Positions 1 through 10,713 of a stretch of DNA of 64,000 bases are shown in pieces. The stretch spans positions 441,968-505,967 of the forward strand of contig JAOPTT010000002.1 in assembly GCA_051531975.1 (NCBI GenBank). The letters are read 5' to 3'. Origin of the DNA: Spirochaetaceae bacterium (lineage in GTDB: Bacteria; Spirochaetota; Spirochaetia; DSM-2461). The position numbers were made by a program, and so were the translations under genes. The notes beneath the pieces are model-generated. The model saw nothing but the letters and a program-made list of their open reading frames with translations. It was not told the origin of the DNA and ran no database searches. How positions within the stretch are numbered: position 1 is the stretch's first letter; each line of letters begins with the position of its first letter.

Positions 1-75
1 CCTAGCCAGTGCGTTCATCTTCCTAATTTCCGATATACCTATACCGTGAAAACTACTCTTTGGGTTTAAACTCAT
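1..75 (-). CDS. 5' part of a CDS running off the left edge; probable PLP-dependent class I aminotransferase (possibly DapC/DapX-like)
   Basis: ATG at 75, 1 nt after the dapD stop; reads MSLNPKSSFHGIGISEIRKMNALAR. The 'ISxIRK' start is typical of class I aminotransferases; only 25 codons visible. Confidence 0.45.
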   Translation of the reverse strand, partial: MSLNPKSSFHGIGISEIRKMNALAR

Positions 76-76
76 T

Positions 77-1294
77 TTATCCTCTTAGTGCTTCTTCTAA
101 TGCGTAAGCTCTATCAGCGGTAGAATTTATATATTTTGCAATAAGTGGTGTTAACTTTAAAGTTCCTAAACTTGAAACAGACATTGATGGTATAACCAAT
201 GCTCCTACAGGAATTTCTGGACCATAACTTGGATCTTTTTCTGTAATAACTTTACCAACACTATAGGTTTTAATCTCACCACCCATTTCGTGGGTAATTA
301 ACTCGCATACACCCTTTGATGTATAAGCTACATTATTGATTGGATCTAAAACAGGTGTTGCTTTTGAGATATGAACACCAGGTGCTAATGTAACTAAGTC
401 ACCTAATCTGGCACCTTGTGTTACCCCAGTACCTTCTCCAAGTAGAACGTGGTCTCCAATAATTACTGGTGTTGCTTCAACTGGATCTAATACACCACCA
501 ATAATTGCTCCAGCACTAATATGACAATCTCTACCAATTTGTGCACAACTTCCCGCTAAGTTTTCAACCATAGTACCAGCACCTACATGGGCACCTACAT
601 TAGCATAAGCTGGAGGCATAAAAACACAACCTTCCCCTGCATAGGCTCCACGTCTTAAACCTGCAGCTGGAGGAACAACTCTAAAGCCCTCTTTACCAGT
701 TAACTTTCGTACAGGAAATGTATCTTTATCGGTAAAACCGATATCGGAACTACCATTATAGACAGTAATATTACCCAGGGGGAAACCTAACATTATACCA
801 TTTTTTACCCACTGATTAGCCTGCCACTTACCATCAATAATCTGGGAAGTTCTTAGATAACCCGCTTCCAATAAGTCCATAACCTTATTAAAAGTTTCTA
901 ATGCACCATCTCTGTCACTATTTAATTCACCAGCTTTTTTAAGAACTGTGTACTTTTCAACTTTTGCTTCTAAATAAGCAGGTACTTTATAATGAACTAC
1001 TGCTTTTACCCAGCTACCTTCTTTTATATTAAGTAGAAGATCTATATTGGGATGGGCGCCTGGGTTTGTTTTAGCATCTGCAGTATGTTCTGCAAACATC
1101 TCTAAACCTTTATCTGCTAATTTTTTATCAATATTTCCATTATCAAAACCAACTAAATTTGCATACACCTGTAAAGAACCTTTTTTACCATCAACATTTA
1201 GTATTGTTGTAAGAACTTTATCACCTGATACAATATCTATCTTTTCTAAACTATCCACTGGTTTCAGTGTTTCTAATATTTCCTTGAATTTCAT
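77..1294 (-). CDS. dapD: tetrahydrodipicolinate N-acyltransferase (DapD-like) with an N-terminal DUF2322-like domain
   Basis: WQANQWVKNGI, FTDK, GFRVVPPA, GSCAQIG, HISAGAIIGGVLDPVEATPVII and hexapeptide repeats; the first ~100 aa carry GKKGSLQVY...FAEHTADAKTNPGAHPNIDLL (DUF2322-like). Confidence 0.8.
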   Translation of the reverse strand: MKFKEILETLKPVDSLEKIDIVSGDKVLTTILNVDGKKGSLQVYANLVGFDNGNIDKKLADKGLEMFAEHTADAKTNPGAHPNIDLLLNIKEGSWVKAVVHYKVPAYLEAKVEKYTVLKKAGELNSDRDGALETFNKVMDLLEAGYLRTSQIIDGKWQANQWVKNGIMLGFPLGNITVYNGSSDIGFTDKDTFPVRKLTGKEGFRVVPPAAGLRRGAYAGEGCVFMPPAYANVGAHVGAGTMVENLAGSCAQIGRDCHISAGAIIGGVLDPVEATPVIIGDHVLLGEGTGVTQGARLGDLVTLAPGVHISKATPVLDPINNVAYTSKGVCELITHEMGGEIKTYSVGKVITEKDPSYGPEIPVGALVIPSMSVSSLGTLKLTPLIAKYINSTADRAYALEEALRG

Positions 1295-1377
1295 ATTTTA
1301 CCCTTTAAACTAATATAATAAAGTAATACTACATAAAAATGAGATTTAAATAAATATAATACAGGTTAATAGAATGT

Positions 1378-4300
1378 TTAATTATTAAAATAACCTTCCA
1401 ATAACTCTACAGCATCCTTCATTTTATATCGCCCAACAAGTTTCTGGGCATCTTTAATCAGAGAAATTTGGGATTCATTAATCTCTGAACCTAAGAGATC
1501 TACCATAAGATCCTTGGCTGGCTTTGGCTTTCGTGAATTTAGATGACCAATAATACTCCTAATTTTACCATTTATCTGGTCTTCACTTATTTTATTAAGT
1601 GGTACATTTGGTTTTTCTTCTTGGACTAATACGCCAGATTTATTAATATCATCGATTAACTCTAAAAGAATACCATCAACTGTTTTTAGATCCGATTCTA
1701 TTTCTAAATCATCCTTTAATAGCTGTTCTACATCTTTAAATTTCTCCTGTAGAATTGCCGACCCTATGTTTCCCGATATCCCTTTTACAGTGTGGGCAAG
1801 CCGGATAGCTTCCTCTTTTTTATCGTCTAGAAGTAGTTTTTTAAGATCTGCCGAGACACTACTATAGTTTTCTATAAATTGTTGTAAAATAGATTTATAG
1901 AGTTTTATATTACCAGCTACTCTAGTTACACCACCTTCGACATTTAGTCCGTCAATATTTGGTAGAATACCAACCTGGTGATTAACATCCATATTTGTAT
2001 ATTTAGTGGGTAACTCTCTATCTTCTTTTTTAATCCATCTGGCTAACGAGTGCCAGAGTTTATCTGTTTCTATAGGTTTTGTAATATAGTCGTTCATTCC
2101 TGTATCCATAACCTTGTGTCTAACCCCAGTCATAGCATCCGCAGTCATGGCAACAATAGGTAACTCTTTTGAGTCAAAAGTTTCACGAATCTTTAAGGTA
2201 GCGTCATAACCATCTAATACTGGCATCTGTAGATCCATTAAAATAATGTCATATTTCTTCTTTTCGCACATGTCTACAGATTCTTGGCCATTATTAGCAA
2301 TATCTACATAAAAACCTTCACCTTCTAGGAGCTCAATCGCTACTTGTTGGTTAATTTCGTTATCTTCAGTTAGAAGTATTAAAGCACCTCTAACCTGTTC
2401 AAAGCCCTCAGGATACTGGCTTTTATGCCGTCTTGCCCTTGTTACACCTTTAAAACCATAACAATCTAGAATAGAGTTTAGTAGCAGGGACTGATTAATA
2501 GGTTTTACAATTGAACCATCAAAGTTATTCTTTTTTATCTCTTTATCAATCTCTTCGCTATTAAAACCAGAAACTAATATAAATTTAGGATATTTTTTGA
2601 TTCCTAACACTTCTTTGATCTTTTTTGCAGTTTCAAATCCATTCATTCCAGGCATTTTATAGTCTATTAAAACGATATCAAATGTTTTACCACTCTTAAA
2701 TAGTTCTAGTGCTTCATAACCATCTTTAGCTGAGTCAATAATCATAGAAAAATCTGTTATATATTCCACTAATACGTCCCGGCTATTTTCATTATCGTCT
2801 ATAACCAAAATTTTAAGTTCTGTGATTTCAGGAGGTACAATCTCTTTTCTCTGATTTTTTGCAATATCTAATTCTGAAGTGAAGTAAAAATTTGATCCCT
2901 CACCTTCTATGCTTTCAACTCCAATTTGTCCATGCATTAATTCAACTAATCTTTTACTAATAGAGAGTCCTAAACCTGTTCCCCCATATTTTCTTGTTGT
3001 GGAGGTATCAGCCTGAGAAAATGCTTGAAACAGTTTGTTTTGCTGCTTATTACTTAGACCAATTCCAGTATCTTTTACATTATATTTAATAATTACAGTT
3101 TTATCATTTATTGATTCTAATACTGCCTGAACCATAATTTCACCACTTTCTGTGAATTTAATAGCATTATTAGTTAAGTTAAGAAGTATCTGACCAAGTC
3201 GTAATGGATCCCCAATTAAATTAATCGGTAGTTTTGTATCAACGTGGAATATAAGTTCTAGGCCCTTATCTTTAGCTTTTTCGCTAACTATACTTCCTAG
3301 GTCTTCAAAAACATTGTGTAGGTTTAGAGGAATTGATTCTATATTAAGTTTCCCAGCTTCAATTTTAGAGAAGTCTAAGATATCATTTATTATACCTAAT
3401 AAATTATTGGAAGAGTTATTAATTTTCCCAATATAGTCACTCTGCTTTTCTGTTAAATCTGTTTTAAGTATCAGATGAGACAGGCCAATTATTGCGTTCA
3501 TAGGTGTTCTGATTTCGTGGCTCATATTTGCAAGAAAATCACTTTTAGCTTTTGCAGCTTCAATTGCGTTCTCCTTAGCATCTATAAGTTCTGTCATATC
3601 TGTTGCAATACCAGCTATGGCAGTAAGTTCTCCAGAAACATTGTAAATAGGGAACTTTATAGATAAAAATGCTAACTCTTTTCCATTTTTTATATTTTTC
3701 TCTTCAGTTCGTACAGTATGCCTACCCTCTATTATCTCTAAATCAACTTTTCTATATCTTTTTCCAGCTTCTCCATATAACTCTTCATCTGTTTTTCCAA
3801 TAGTAGAACCAGGTTCAAAATCGTTTAACAGTTCCCAGTTTTTATTAGCTAACATATATTTACCATCTAAATCTTTAGCATAGATTAGGTTTCCACTGTT
3901 GTTAATTATAGATTCTAAGAATTTCTTATTCTCTTCTAAAGCTATATCAGCTCGTCTTTGCTCATCTATATCCCAAAAGTTCCCAGCGATTCTAACAATT
4001 TTACCATTTTCATATATAGGGTCCCCAGTAGTTCTTGCCCAAAATTCTCGGCCACTCCAGGATTTAAAAGATACAGTAAGGTCATATGGTATTCCCTCAG
4101 ATATGGCCAAATTAAATGCATCGGATACTTTCTGCTTATATTCACCTACGTAACAATCGATACTCTCTCCAACCCAATCTCGATCTGGCTCAGCAATCAT
4201 CATACTTTTTTCTATATCATGTAAACTATACAACTCGTCGGTCCAGAAAATTTTTGAAGATACTATATCAAACTCCCAACCACCCATTTTAGCAAGACGT

Positions 4301-7300
4301 AGAGATCGATTTAAGAAATCCTCACTCTTTCGTAGCTCACTGTCTTTTTTCTTCTGATCTGTAATATTCTGGTGTATTCCTACACAGTTACTGGCCGTTC
4401 CATTAGTACCGATATTAACAAGATATCGAACAAAAACATTATCTATTTCACCCTCTCCGTTCTTGACTCTATACTCAAATTCATCAAAATAACTTTCTGA
4501 ACTCTCCATCGCCTTAGTTATTCTAGAATTAAGAATGTGAACATCATCTTCCAATACAAATGTATTTAAAAAAGTTTCTGATGATAATATGTACCCATCA
4601 AAGTCCTCTTTATCTACTTTTAATATACGGTAAAACATATCGTTTAATGTAAACTGGAGAGTAGTTAAGTCTAAGGTCCAATGGGCAAGTTTTGCAGTCT
4701 CTGATGCAAAAACCATCTGCTGATTATAACCCAACAACTCTTTAGTTCTTTTATCTACACTCTCTTCTAGCTCTTCGTTCGATCTTTTAAGATATCTTGT
4801 TGCTTTTTCCCCAATAAAAATACCAAAAAGAGTTGTTGCAATACTTAATAACAGTACAATAGTAAGAATTAGAATCAGTATGTTCCGAAGATTATAATAC
4901 GTAGACATAGCTTCTTTTAAATCTATTTTTGTTGTTATTCCAAACTCATAGATTTCCGACCAATACCAGGTACCATAAACTTCACTGTTTCTATAATCAG
5001 GATACTCTGTAAGTTTAGAATCTAGAGCTGTAGTGAAACTCTTCTTAAGTGAATATTCATCTATATATTCATTGTTTTCGAATCTTGTAGGCGTAATTAT
5101 TTCCCCTACATCATTAAATGCATAGGTTTCTCCAGTAGAGCCAAAATGACCAAGAGAGAATAACCTAGAGAAATTAATATCACTTCTCTCTTCGAAAACT
5201 AATAGGCCAATAATTTTATTACCATCTTTTATTGGTGAGACATAATGAATATCTGAATCGTTTTCAATTGTCCTAGGTGGTATAAATGTTGTATCAAGAT
5301 ATTTATTTGGATTTAGTGTATATCTTTTTCCAACAATAGAACTATCTGATGAGTAGATAGTAGTAGCTCTGGAGTTAATTATATGAAAGTTCTCCCACTT
5401 GGATCTATTTATCTGCATTTTTAGGAAGCTATCAAGGTCACTATATTCACTACTGCTTAACCTATGGTTTAATGAAACTTTTTGTAGATCTTTAACCAGT
5501 TTAATAAGCCTAGAGTTCTCACTATTAATCTCTACTTCAGATAAATTATTGCTAATTATTATATCTAAGGTTTCATATATCGTTTTTAGTTGTAGCTCTA
5601 TTTTTTCTTTTGTTTCTGATAGTGATTTAAAATATATAGAGTTTAATGATGTATAAGTTAATAAAACAACAATTGTAATACTAACCCCTAGAGATATAGC
5701 ACTAAAAACTTTCATTCTGGTAACATTTAGCTTTTCATTATTGAAGTTTTTCTTTTTTACAAAAATTAAGATATTTAATAAAAAGACAATAAATATAATT
5801 ATAGATATTACTAATAGGATTGATCCTAAAGAGTTTTGTCTTGTTACCTCTAATTTGTCTTTTAAAGTTTTATCTTCTAACCATTTTTTATTTAATTTTG
5901 ATAATTCTAAATCTGTAACAACACTCATACTCTTATTTAATAGTGATAAAAGTTCTGGCCAATCCTTTCTAAGACCTAAACTTAAACTAAGTTCGCTATT
6001 ATCAAGTTCAGGCAGAGTCCCACCTTTTTTAAGATTAGATATAGAGTGTTTATTAATATAATAATTAACTACTGGCGAGAGTTCTTGGAGAATATCGGCA
6101 TCACCTTTAGATACGGCTAATATTAATTCTTCGGTATTGGTTATTCCAAGAGATTTTACCCCAGGTAGGTTTTTAATTATCTCTTCACTATATGTCCCTT
6201 TTTGATAAACAAATGTTTTACCTTTAATATCTTCTAAACTTCCAACTATTTGTTCTGTATTCCTTATATATAGAGTGGGATAAAACCCCATATATGGATT
6301 TGTAAAGTTCAAATGTTCTTTTCTAACTTCAGTTTCTAATATATTAAGTATTAAATCGACTTTGTTTTCTAAAATAGCACCTTTAGTTTCATTCCATCGG
6401 TGTTCAGTAGAAAACTGAACCTTAATACCAATAATATTAGCAAGCAGTTTAATATAATCTACAGAGTACCCTTGAGGTCTTCCACTTTTATTAAAATCAA
6501 ACGGGACCCATGTTTTATCATTATGGACAGTTATTACAGGGTTGTTTTCTATCCACCTTTTTTCATCCTGGGATATTTGAATTCTGCTTTCTTCAATTTC
6601 GTTATCAACAAATCCCCATTTTTCACCAATGGAGTTAACTTCATCTTTTGTTAAGCTGTTAATAGCCTTATTTAAAATATCTTCAAATCCTACCCAATCG
6701 GATCTTACACCAACATGGAGTTTTCCAGCATCTAAAGTATCATCCCCTGTTAGGCTCGCAAATTCTATATCACTTATATTATTCTCTTTTAGTAGATAAT
6801 TAATCACAGGTAATCTATCAAGAAAAACATCGGCTTTATCATATAAAACAAAAGTTAAAGCCTCTAGTGCCCCTTGGGCTATTACTAATTCTATTTCAGG
6901 ATAATTCTCCATTAGATAAGTATGTATAGTATATCCCTCTATAACTGCAATAGAACGGCCATTCATATCGGAAAGATCTTTTATTGGTGGTGTTCCCTTT
7001 TTTTTAAAAAGTGCTCTAGGAGTCTTTAAGATGTTATCTGAAAAGTTTAAATAGACTTTTCTATCTTCTGTAATAGCTACACTATGGACAAGGTCTATCT
7101 CTCTATTTTTTACCATTTGTAAAAGTTCAGCCCATGTATAACCATTTACCCACTCTACAGTGATCCCAAGTTTTTTTGCTAAAAGTTCAACATATTCTAT
7201 TGAGTAACCTGTAGGAACTCCATCTCTTACAAAATCAAAAGGAGGCCAATCCATTTCGTTAGAAACTTTAACTACATTGTGATCTTTAAGGAATTGTCTT

Positions 7301-7383
7301 TCCTGAGGAGTTAGCTGTATATCTGAGGCATAAATATTAAAATAGGATAATAAGAAAATTAAACAAAGTAGAACTTTTTTCAC
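1378..7383 (-). CDS. hybrid sensor histidine kinase (2x periplasmic binding domain, Cache-like, PAS domains, HisKA/HATPase, 2x REC, Hpt)
   Basis: DWPPFDF PBP motifs; [17 protein letters not shown]-box; GGTGLGLSI G-box; LIDYKMP and LMDLQMP receivers; AHTVKG Hpt. Confidence 0.95.
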   Translation of the reverse strand: MKKVLLCLIFLLSYFNIYASDIQLTPQERQFLKDHNVVKVSNEMDWPPFDFVRDGVPTGYSIEYVELLAKKLGITVEWVNGYTWAELLQMVKNREIDLVHSVAITEDRKVYLNFSDNILKTPRALFKKKGTPPIKDLSDMNGRSIAVIEGYTIHTYLMENYPEIELVIAQGALEALTFVLYDKADVFLDRLPVINYLLKENNISDIEFASLTGDDTLDAGKLHVGVRSDWVGFEDILNKAINSLTKDEVNSIGEKWGFVDNEIEESRIQISQDEKRWIENNPVITVHNDKTWVPFDFNKSGRPQGYSVDYIKLLANIIGIKVQFSTEHRWNETKGAILENKVDLILNILETEVRKEHLNFTNPYMGFYPTLYIRNTEQIVGSLEDIKGKTFVYQKGTYSEEIIKNLPGVKSLGITNTEELILAVSKGDADILQELSPVVNYYINKHSISNLKKGGTLPELDNSELSLSLGLRKDWPELLSLLNKSMSVVTDLELSKLNKKWLEDKTLKDKLEVTRQNSLGSILLVISIIIFIVFLLNILIFVKKKNFNNEKLNVTRMKVFSAISLGVSITIVVLLTYTSLNSIYFKSLSETKEKIELQLKTIYETLDIIISNNLSEVEINSENSRLIKLVKDLQKVSLNHRLSSSEYSDLDSFLKMQINRSKWENFHIINSRATTIYSSDSSIVGKRYTLNPNKYLDTTFIPPRTIENDSDIHYVSPIKDGNKIIGLLVFEERSDINFSRLFSLGHFGSTGETYAFNDVGEIITPTRFENNEYIDEYSLKKSFTTALDSKLTEYPDYRNSEVYGTWYWSEIYEFGITTKIDLKEAMSTYYNLRNILILILTIVLLLSIATTLFGIFIGEKATRYLKRSNEELEESVDKRTKELLGYNQQMVFASETAKLAHWTLDLTTLQFTLNDMFYRILKVDKEDFDGYILSSETFLNTFVLEDDVHILNSRITKAMESSESYFDEFEYRVKNGEGEIDNVFVRYLVNIGTNGTASNCVGIHQNITDQKKKDSELRKSEDFLNRSLRLAKMGGWEFDIVSSKIFWTDELYSLHDIEKSMMIAEPDRDWVGESIDCYVGEYKQKVSDAFNLAISEGIPYDLTVSFKSWSGREFWARTTGDPIYENGKIVRIAGNFWDIDEQRRADIALEENKKFLESIINNSGNLIYAKDLDGKYMLANKNWELLNDFEPGSTIGKTDEELYGEAGKRYRKVDLEIIEGRHTVRTEEKNIKNGKELAFLSIKFPIYNVSGELTAIAGIATDMTELIDAKENAIEAAKAKSDFLANMSHEIRTPMNAIIGLSHLILKTDLTEKQSDYIGKINNSSNNLLGIINDILDFSKIEAGKLNIESIPLNLHNVFEDLGSIVSEKAKDKGLELIFHVDTKLPINLIGDPLRLGQILLNLTNNAIKFTESGEIMVQAVLESINDKTVIIKYNVKDTGIGLSNKQQNKLFQAFSQADTSTTRKYGGTGLGLSISKRLVELMHGQIGVESIEGEGSNFYFTSELDIAKNQRKEIVPPEITELKILVIDDNENSRDVLVEYITDFSMIIDSAKDGYEALELFKSGKTFDIVLIDYKMPGMNGFETAKKIKEVLGIKKYPKFILVSGFNSEEIDKEIKKNNFDGSIVKPINQSLLLNSILDCYGFKGVTRARRHKSQYPEGFEQVRGALILLTEDNEINQQVAIELLEGEGFYVDIANNGQESVDMCEKKKYDIILMDLQMPVLDGYDATLKIRETFDSKELPIVAMTADAMTGVRHKVMDTGMNDYITKPIETDKLWHSLARWIKKEDRELPTKYTNMDVNHQVGILPNIDGLNVEGGVTRVAGNIKLYKSILQQFIENYSSVSADLKKLLLDDKKEEAIRLAHTVKGISGNIGSAILQEKFKDVEQLLKDDLEIESDLKTVDGILLELIDDINKSGVLVQEEKPNVPLNKISEDQINGKIRSIIGHLNSRKPKPAKDLMVDLLGSEINESQISLIKDAQKLVGRYKMKDAVELLEGYFNN

Positions 7384-7455
7384 AGGGAGATCTCCTGTTT
7401 AAAATTATATGATATATAAACAACAATGAACAACATTTTTACTTTTTTTATTAAA

Positions 7456-7481
7456 GATGCCACCGCTTATGCAGTGACACC
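7456..7481 (-). terminator. probable intrinsic terminator after the GH3 gene
   Basis: minus strand GGTGTCACTGC-ATAA-GCGGTGGCATC, 11-bp stem with G-U pairs followed by TTT, just after the stop. Confidence 0.55.
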
Positions 7482-7494
7482 AAAATAGGATATT

Positions 7495-9093
7495 TTATAT
7501 TTTTTTTGCAGGATTAGAATCAAATTCACCATGACAAAAAATAGAATCAACTAAGGCATCTAAACTCACCTGAGAAAGACCACCTGTAACAATAACTGCA
7601 TCACAATATGGAGCTAATAGTTCAGCATCTTTAGGTCCTCTAGTAGCAACACCAATAATAATTTTATCTGGGCAAATTTTCCTTGTGTATTTTAACGTCT
7701 CAATTTGAGCTTCGTTACAATAGGCATTAACAGTTGTAAAAATACATATATCAGTAATAAATGCTATATCACCAACTGAAACCTGCTCCATATGAGTTGG
7801 TCTCCATGGCATAAATGCCTCTTTTACTATTTTATGACCTAACCTCTTAGTAATTGTCTCTCTAATTGATAGAGGGTCGTATAAATTTATAGCGTCACTC
7901 ATTACAAGCCTTGCAGGGTTTGCAAAAATTACACCAACCTGAGTATCATCTTTTAGCTTAATAGGGAACAGAGAATCATCCCCTTTATATTTGATTAGGG
8001 ACTTTTTAGCTATATCATAAGCTAGTTCATCACCCTCTTTTTTATTAAATTCTTTAGTCTCTGGGGAAGCTGTACAAAACTTAGCCTTATACTCTAAAAC
8101 CCTAGTTGCAGCTTCTGTTACTCTTTCCACAGTAACTCTACCATCGGCAACAGCTTTTTCAATTACATCAACATAAGTTGCACTAAGTGCTGTATGCATT
8201 AAAAGATCCGCACCAGCTGCTAACGCTATAATAACTGCTTCTTCGTCTCCATATAGTTCTCTAACTGCACCCATAATAAGGTCGTCTGTAACTGTTAAAC
8301 CTTTAAAGTTCATGTCGTTTCGTAGGTAGTCATACCATTTTTTAGACATTGAAGCTGGATATTCTGTGTCTAGAGCTGAAAATATACCGTGATGAGTCAT
8401 TACAACCTCTAAACCCTCATCTATTGCTTTATTATATGGAGCTAGTTCAACATCTAGTAGTCTCTGCATATCTCCAGGGTGAGTATCACATTTAAAGTGG
8501 GTATCTTCTTGTGTTAGTCTCATACCAGGAAAGTGTTTACCACATGCGGCGACACCTTCAGCCTGAAGACCTTTTATATAAGCAGTACCCATATCTGCAA
8601 CAACCCTTGGATTACTTGAGTACATTCTATTATCTATTATTGGTGTCTCTTTACTGTCGTAACTTACATCTAGTACAGGAGCATAACAGATATTTATTCC
8701 AGCATATTTTAACTCTTTCCCACAGTGATGCCCCTGTTTAGAAGTTAGTTCCTGATCGTTTGCAAAACCTAATGCCATATTACCAGGAAACATTGTTGTT
8801 CCTCGATGTATTGCCGTTAGCTGTCCACCCTCTTGGTCTATTGTTAATAAAAAAGGGATATTATATTTGTTTTCACTTGCATGGGATTGAATATTTTTAC
8901 TCATTGTATGTAGTTGGTCTAAATTTCTAACATTTGCACCAGAGAAAAACAGGATATTACCTAATTCGTTTTTTTTATTAAGTTCTAATAAATTTTCTGG
9001 TAAGTCTTCATACCCCTGGTAATATTGTAAAAATGTCTGAGCAATCTTCTCCCTTAAAGTCATTTGGGAAATAATTTTTTTTGGATCTATCAT
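7495..9093 (-). CDS. glycoside hydrolase family 3 (NagZ-like beta-N-acetylhexosaminidase), cytoplasmic
   Basis: IDQEGG, KHFPG, DTH and VTDDLIMGAV motifs; GH3 C-terminal domain; no signal peptide. Confidence 0.88.
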   Translation of the reverse strand: MIDPKKIISQMTLREKIAQTFLQYYQGYEDLPENLLELNKKNELGNILFFSGANVRNLDQLHTMSKNIQSHASENKYNIPFLLTIDQEGGQLTAIHRGTTMFPGNMALGFANDQELTSKQGHHCGKELKYAGINICYAPVLDVSYDSKETPIIDNRMYSSNPRVVADMGTAYIKGLQAEGVAACGKHFPGMRLTQEDTHFKCDTHPGDMQRLLDVELAPYNKAIDEGLEVVMTHHGIFSALDTEYPASMSKKWYDYLRNDMNFKGLTVTDDLIMGAVRELYGDEEAVIIALAAGADLLMHTALSATYVDVIEKAVADGRVTVERVTEAATRVLEYKAKFCTASPETKEFNKKEGDELAYDIAKKSLIKYKGDDSLFPIKLKDDTQVGVIFANPARLVMSDAINLYDPLSIRETITKRLGHKIVKEAFMPWRPTHMEQVSVGDIAFITDICIFTTVNAYCNEAQIETLKYTRKICPDKIIIGVATRGPKDAELLAPYCDAVIVTGGLSQVSLDALVDSIFCHGEFDSNPAKKI

Positions 9094-9201
9094 TATAGCT
9101 CTCCTAATAGGTATAAACCTTTATTTTATGTTAGTATGGTAAACCAAACAAAGCCTATTGTAAAGATTTAATTACTATTTTAGCTAAACTTTATAACAAT
9201 A

Positions 9202-10227
9202 TCATTCAATTAACAAATTTTCAGTAAACGATCTAAGCCCTTTAATAGCCAAACTGTAGGGCTTACTACTTACCCTAAAAAACGAATGTATAAATTCACG
9301 GTTATCTGGAAAGTAGTCCCATAATCTGAAATAGACTATATCGTTTAAATATATATATGTTTCCTTCTGGGAAGCTTGTAATAGATAGGCCATAAATTCG
9401 TTTTGAACTAATTTTTCATCAGTGGAGTCATAATCTAGAACTTCCATATACATTGTCCAGATCTCTTTAGATTGATCATCTAGAGCGTCCCATATTTTGG
9501 ATATATGATTCCTAAAACCTAGGGATGTAAAATATAGACCATGAAGTGATTCGTGTCTTAGAATAGTGTATCTGTGATTATAATAACTACTTCTAGAACA
9601 GGATATAATTGCTCCACCAAGTCCAATATAACCTCGGGAAGTTTTTCCAATTATACTATTTTTTAATATAACATCTAAAAGAACTTCTTCCCCAGCTGTT
9701 AAAGGGTACCCTTCTAATTTTGCTTTGCTAAAAAAAGATGCAAGATCTTTAGCACTATAATCATGACCATTCCATCCACGTTCATCAGATAACTCTTCTA
9801 GTGTATATATCTCTCCAATATAGTCCTTCTTTTCTAAAAAGAATGCTAACCGTTTAAACATTAAGGCTTGAAATGAATAATTTATAGTATCAAAAATTAG
9901 TACGTCTGGTTTTTTATCCCATTTATATAGTTCTAATGTAGGATTTCTCCAATTAGAGATCCTTTTATTAAGAATCCCAACAAGGTTACTAGTAATAGGT
10001 TCAAAATATGAATATGAGACAGGAATCTCTAGCTCTTGACCGATCAATAGAAATGTTGATGTATCTAAATCATTTGTTGTTATTATAATGTCTTCTTCAA
10101 CTTTAAATTTATTTGAGAGACTTTTAATTGTGTCGTATCGTTTTACTTCATATTTAAATGCAGTTCCCCCAAAAAGAACTACTGTTAATTGAATAAAGAA
10201 TAGAAATGTAAATATTTTTAACTTCAT
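9202..10227 (-). CDS. exported LysM-domain protein with an HExxH motif
   Basis: signal peptide; YEVKRYDTIKSLSNKF...LLIGQELEIP LysM; HESLH in the C-terminal region. Confidence 0.75.
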   Translation of the reverse strand: MKLKIFTFLFFIQLTVVLFGGTAFKYEVKRYDTIKSLSNKFKVEEDIIITTNDLDTSTFLLIGQELEIPVSYSYFEPITSNLVGILNKRISNWRNPTLELYKWDKKPDVLIFDTINYSFQALMFKRLAFFLEKKDYIGEIYTLEELSDERGWNGHDYSAKDLASFFSKAKLEGYPLTAGEEVLLDVILKNSIIGKTSRGYIGLGGAIISCSRSSYYNHRYTILRHESLHGLYFTSLGFRNHISKIWDALDDQSKEIWTMYMEVLDYDSTDEKLVQNEFMAYLLQASQKETYIYLNDIVYFRLWDYFPDNREFIHSFFRVSSKPYSLAIKGLRSFTENLLIE

Positions 10228-10230
10228 ATA

Positions 10231-10662
10231 TTAAATATAAAACATATTAGTTTTATTTTCATGTTCATGTACTATATATTCTAAAGTTTTATCTGCAAAG
10301 TAGTCTCGGATAACTTCAGATAGTCCACACCAAATACTAGAGGTTGAACATAGCTCAATTCTTTCACAATCTCCACTATCTACACAGTCTATAACACTGT
10401 AGCCACCTTCTAATGTCTGATATATATCTAATAAAGAGATTTTTCTACTCTCCCTAGATAATCTATATCCACCTTTAGGTCCACGTTTAACACTAACTAA
10501 TCCATCTTTTTTTAATAGTTGTACTATTTTCTCAAGATATTTTAATGATATATCCTCTTTTTTTGCAATTTCACCTAACTGAATTGAGCTTTCACTTGAT
10601 TCATTTAAGCCTAGATATATCATCAATCTAAAACCATATCGAGTTTTTGTAGATATTGTCAT
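10231..10662 (-). CDS. Rrf2-family transcriptional regulator
   Basis: ISTKTRYG, YLEKI, RGPKGGY; three C-terminal Cys (possible Fe-S ligands). Confidence 0.92.
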   Translation of the reverse strand: MTISTKTRYGFRLMIYLGLNESSESSIQLGEIAKKEDISLKYLEKIVQLLKKDGLVSVKRGPKGGYRLSRESRKISLLDIYQTLEGGYSVIDCVDSGDCERIELCSTSSIWCGLSEVIRDYFADKTLEYIVHEHENKTNMFYI

Positions 10663-10713
10663 AAATATAACCTCTTTAATTTAATATAACAAAATTGAAC
10701 TCGATATCGCAAG

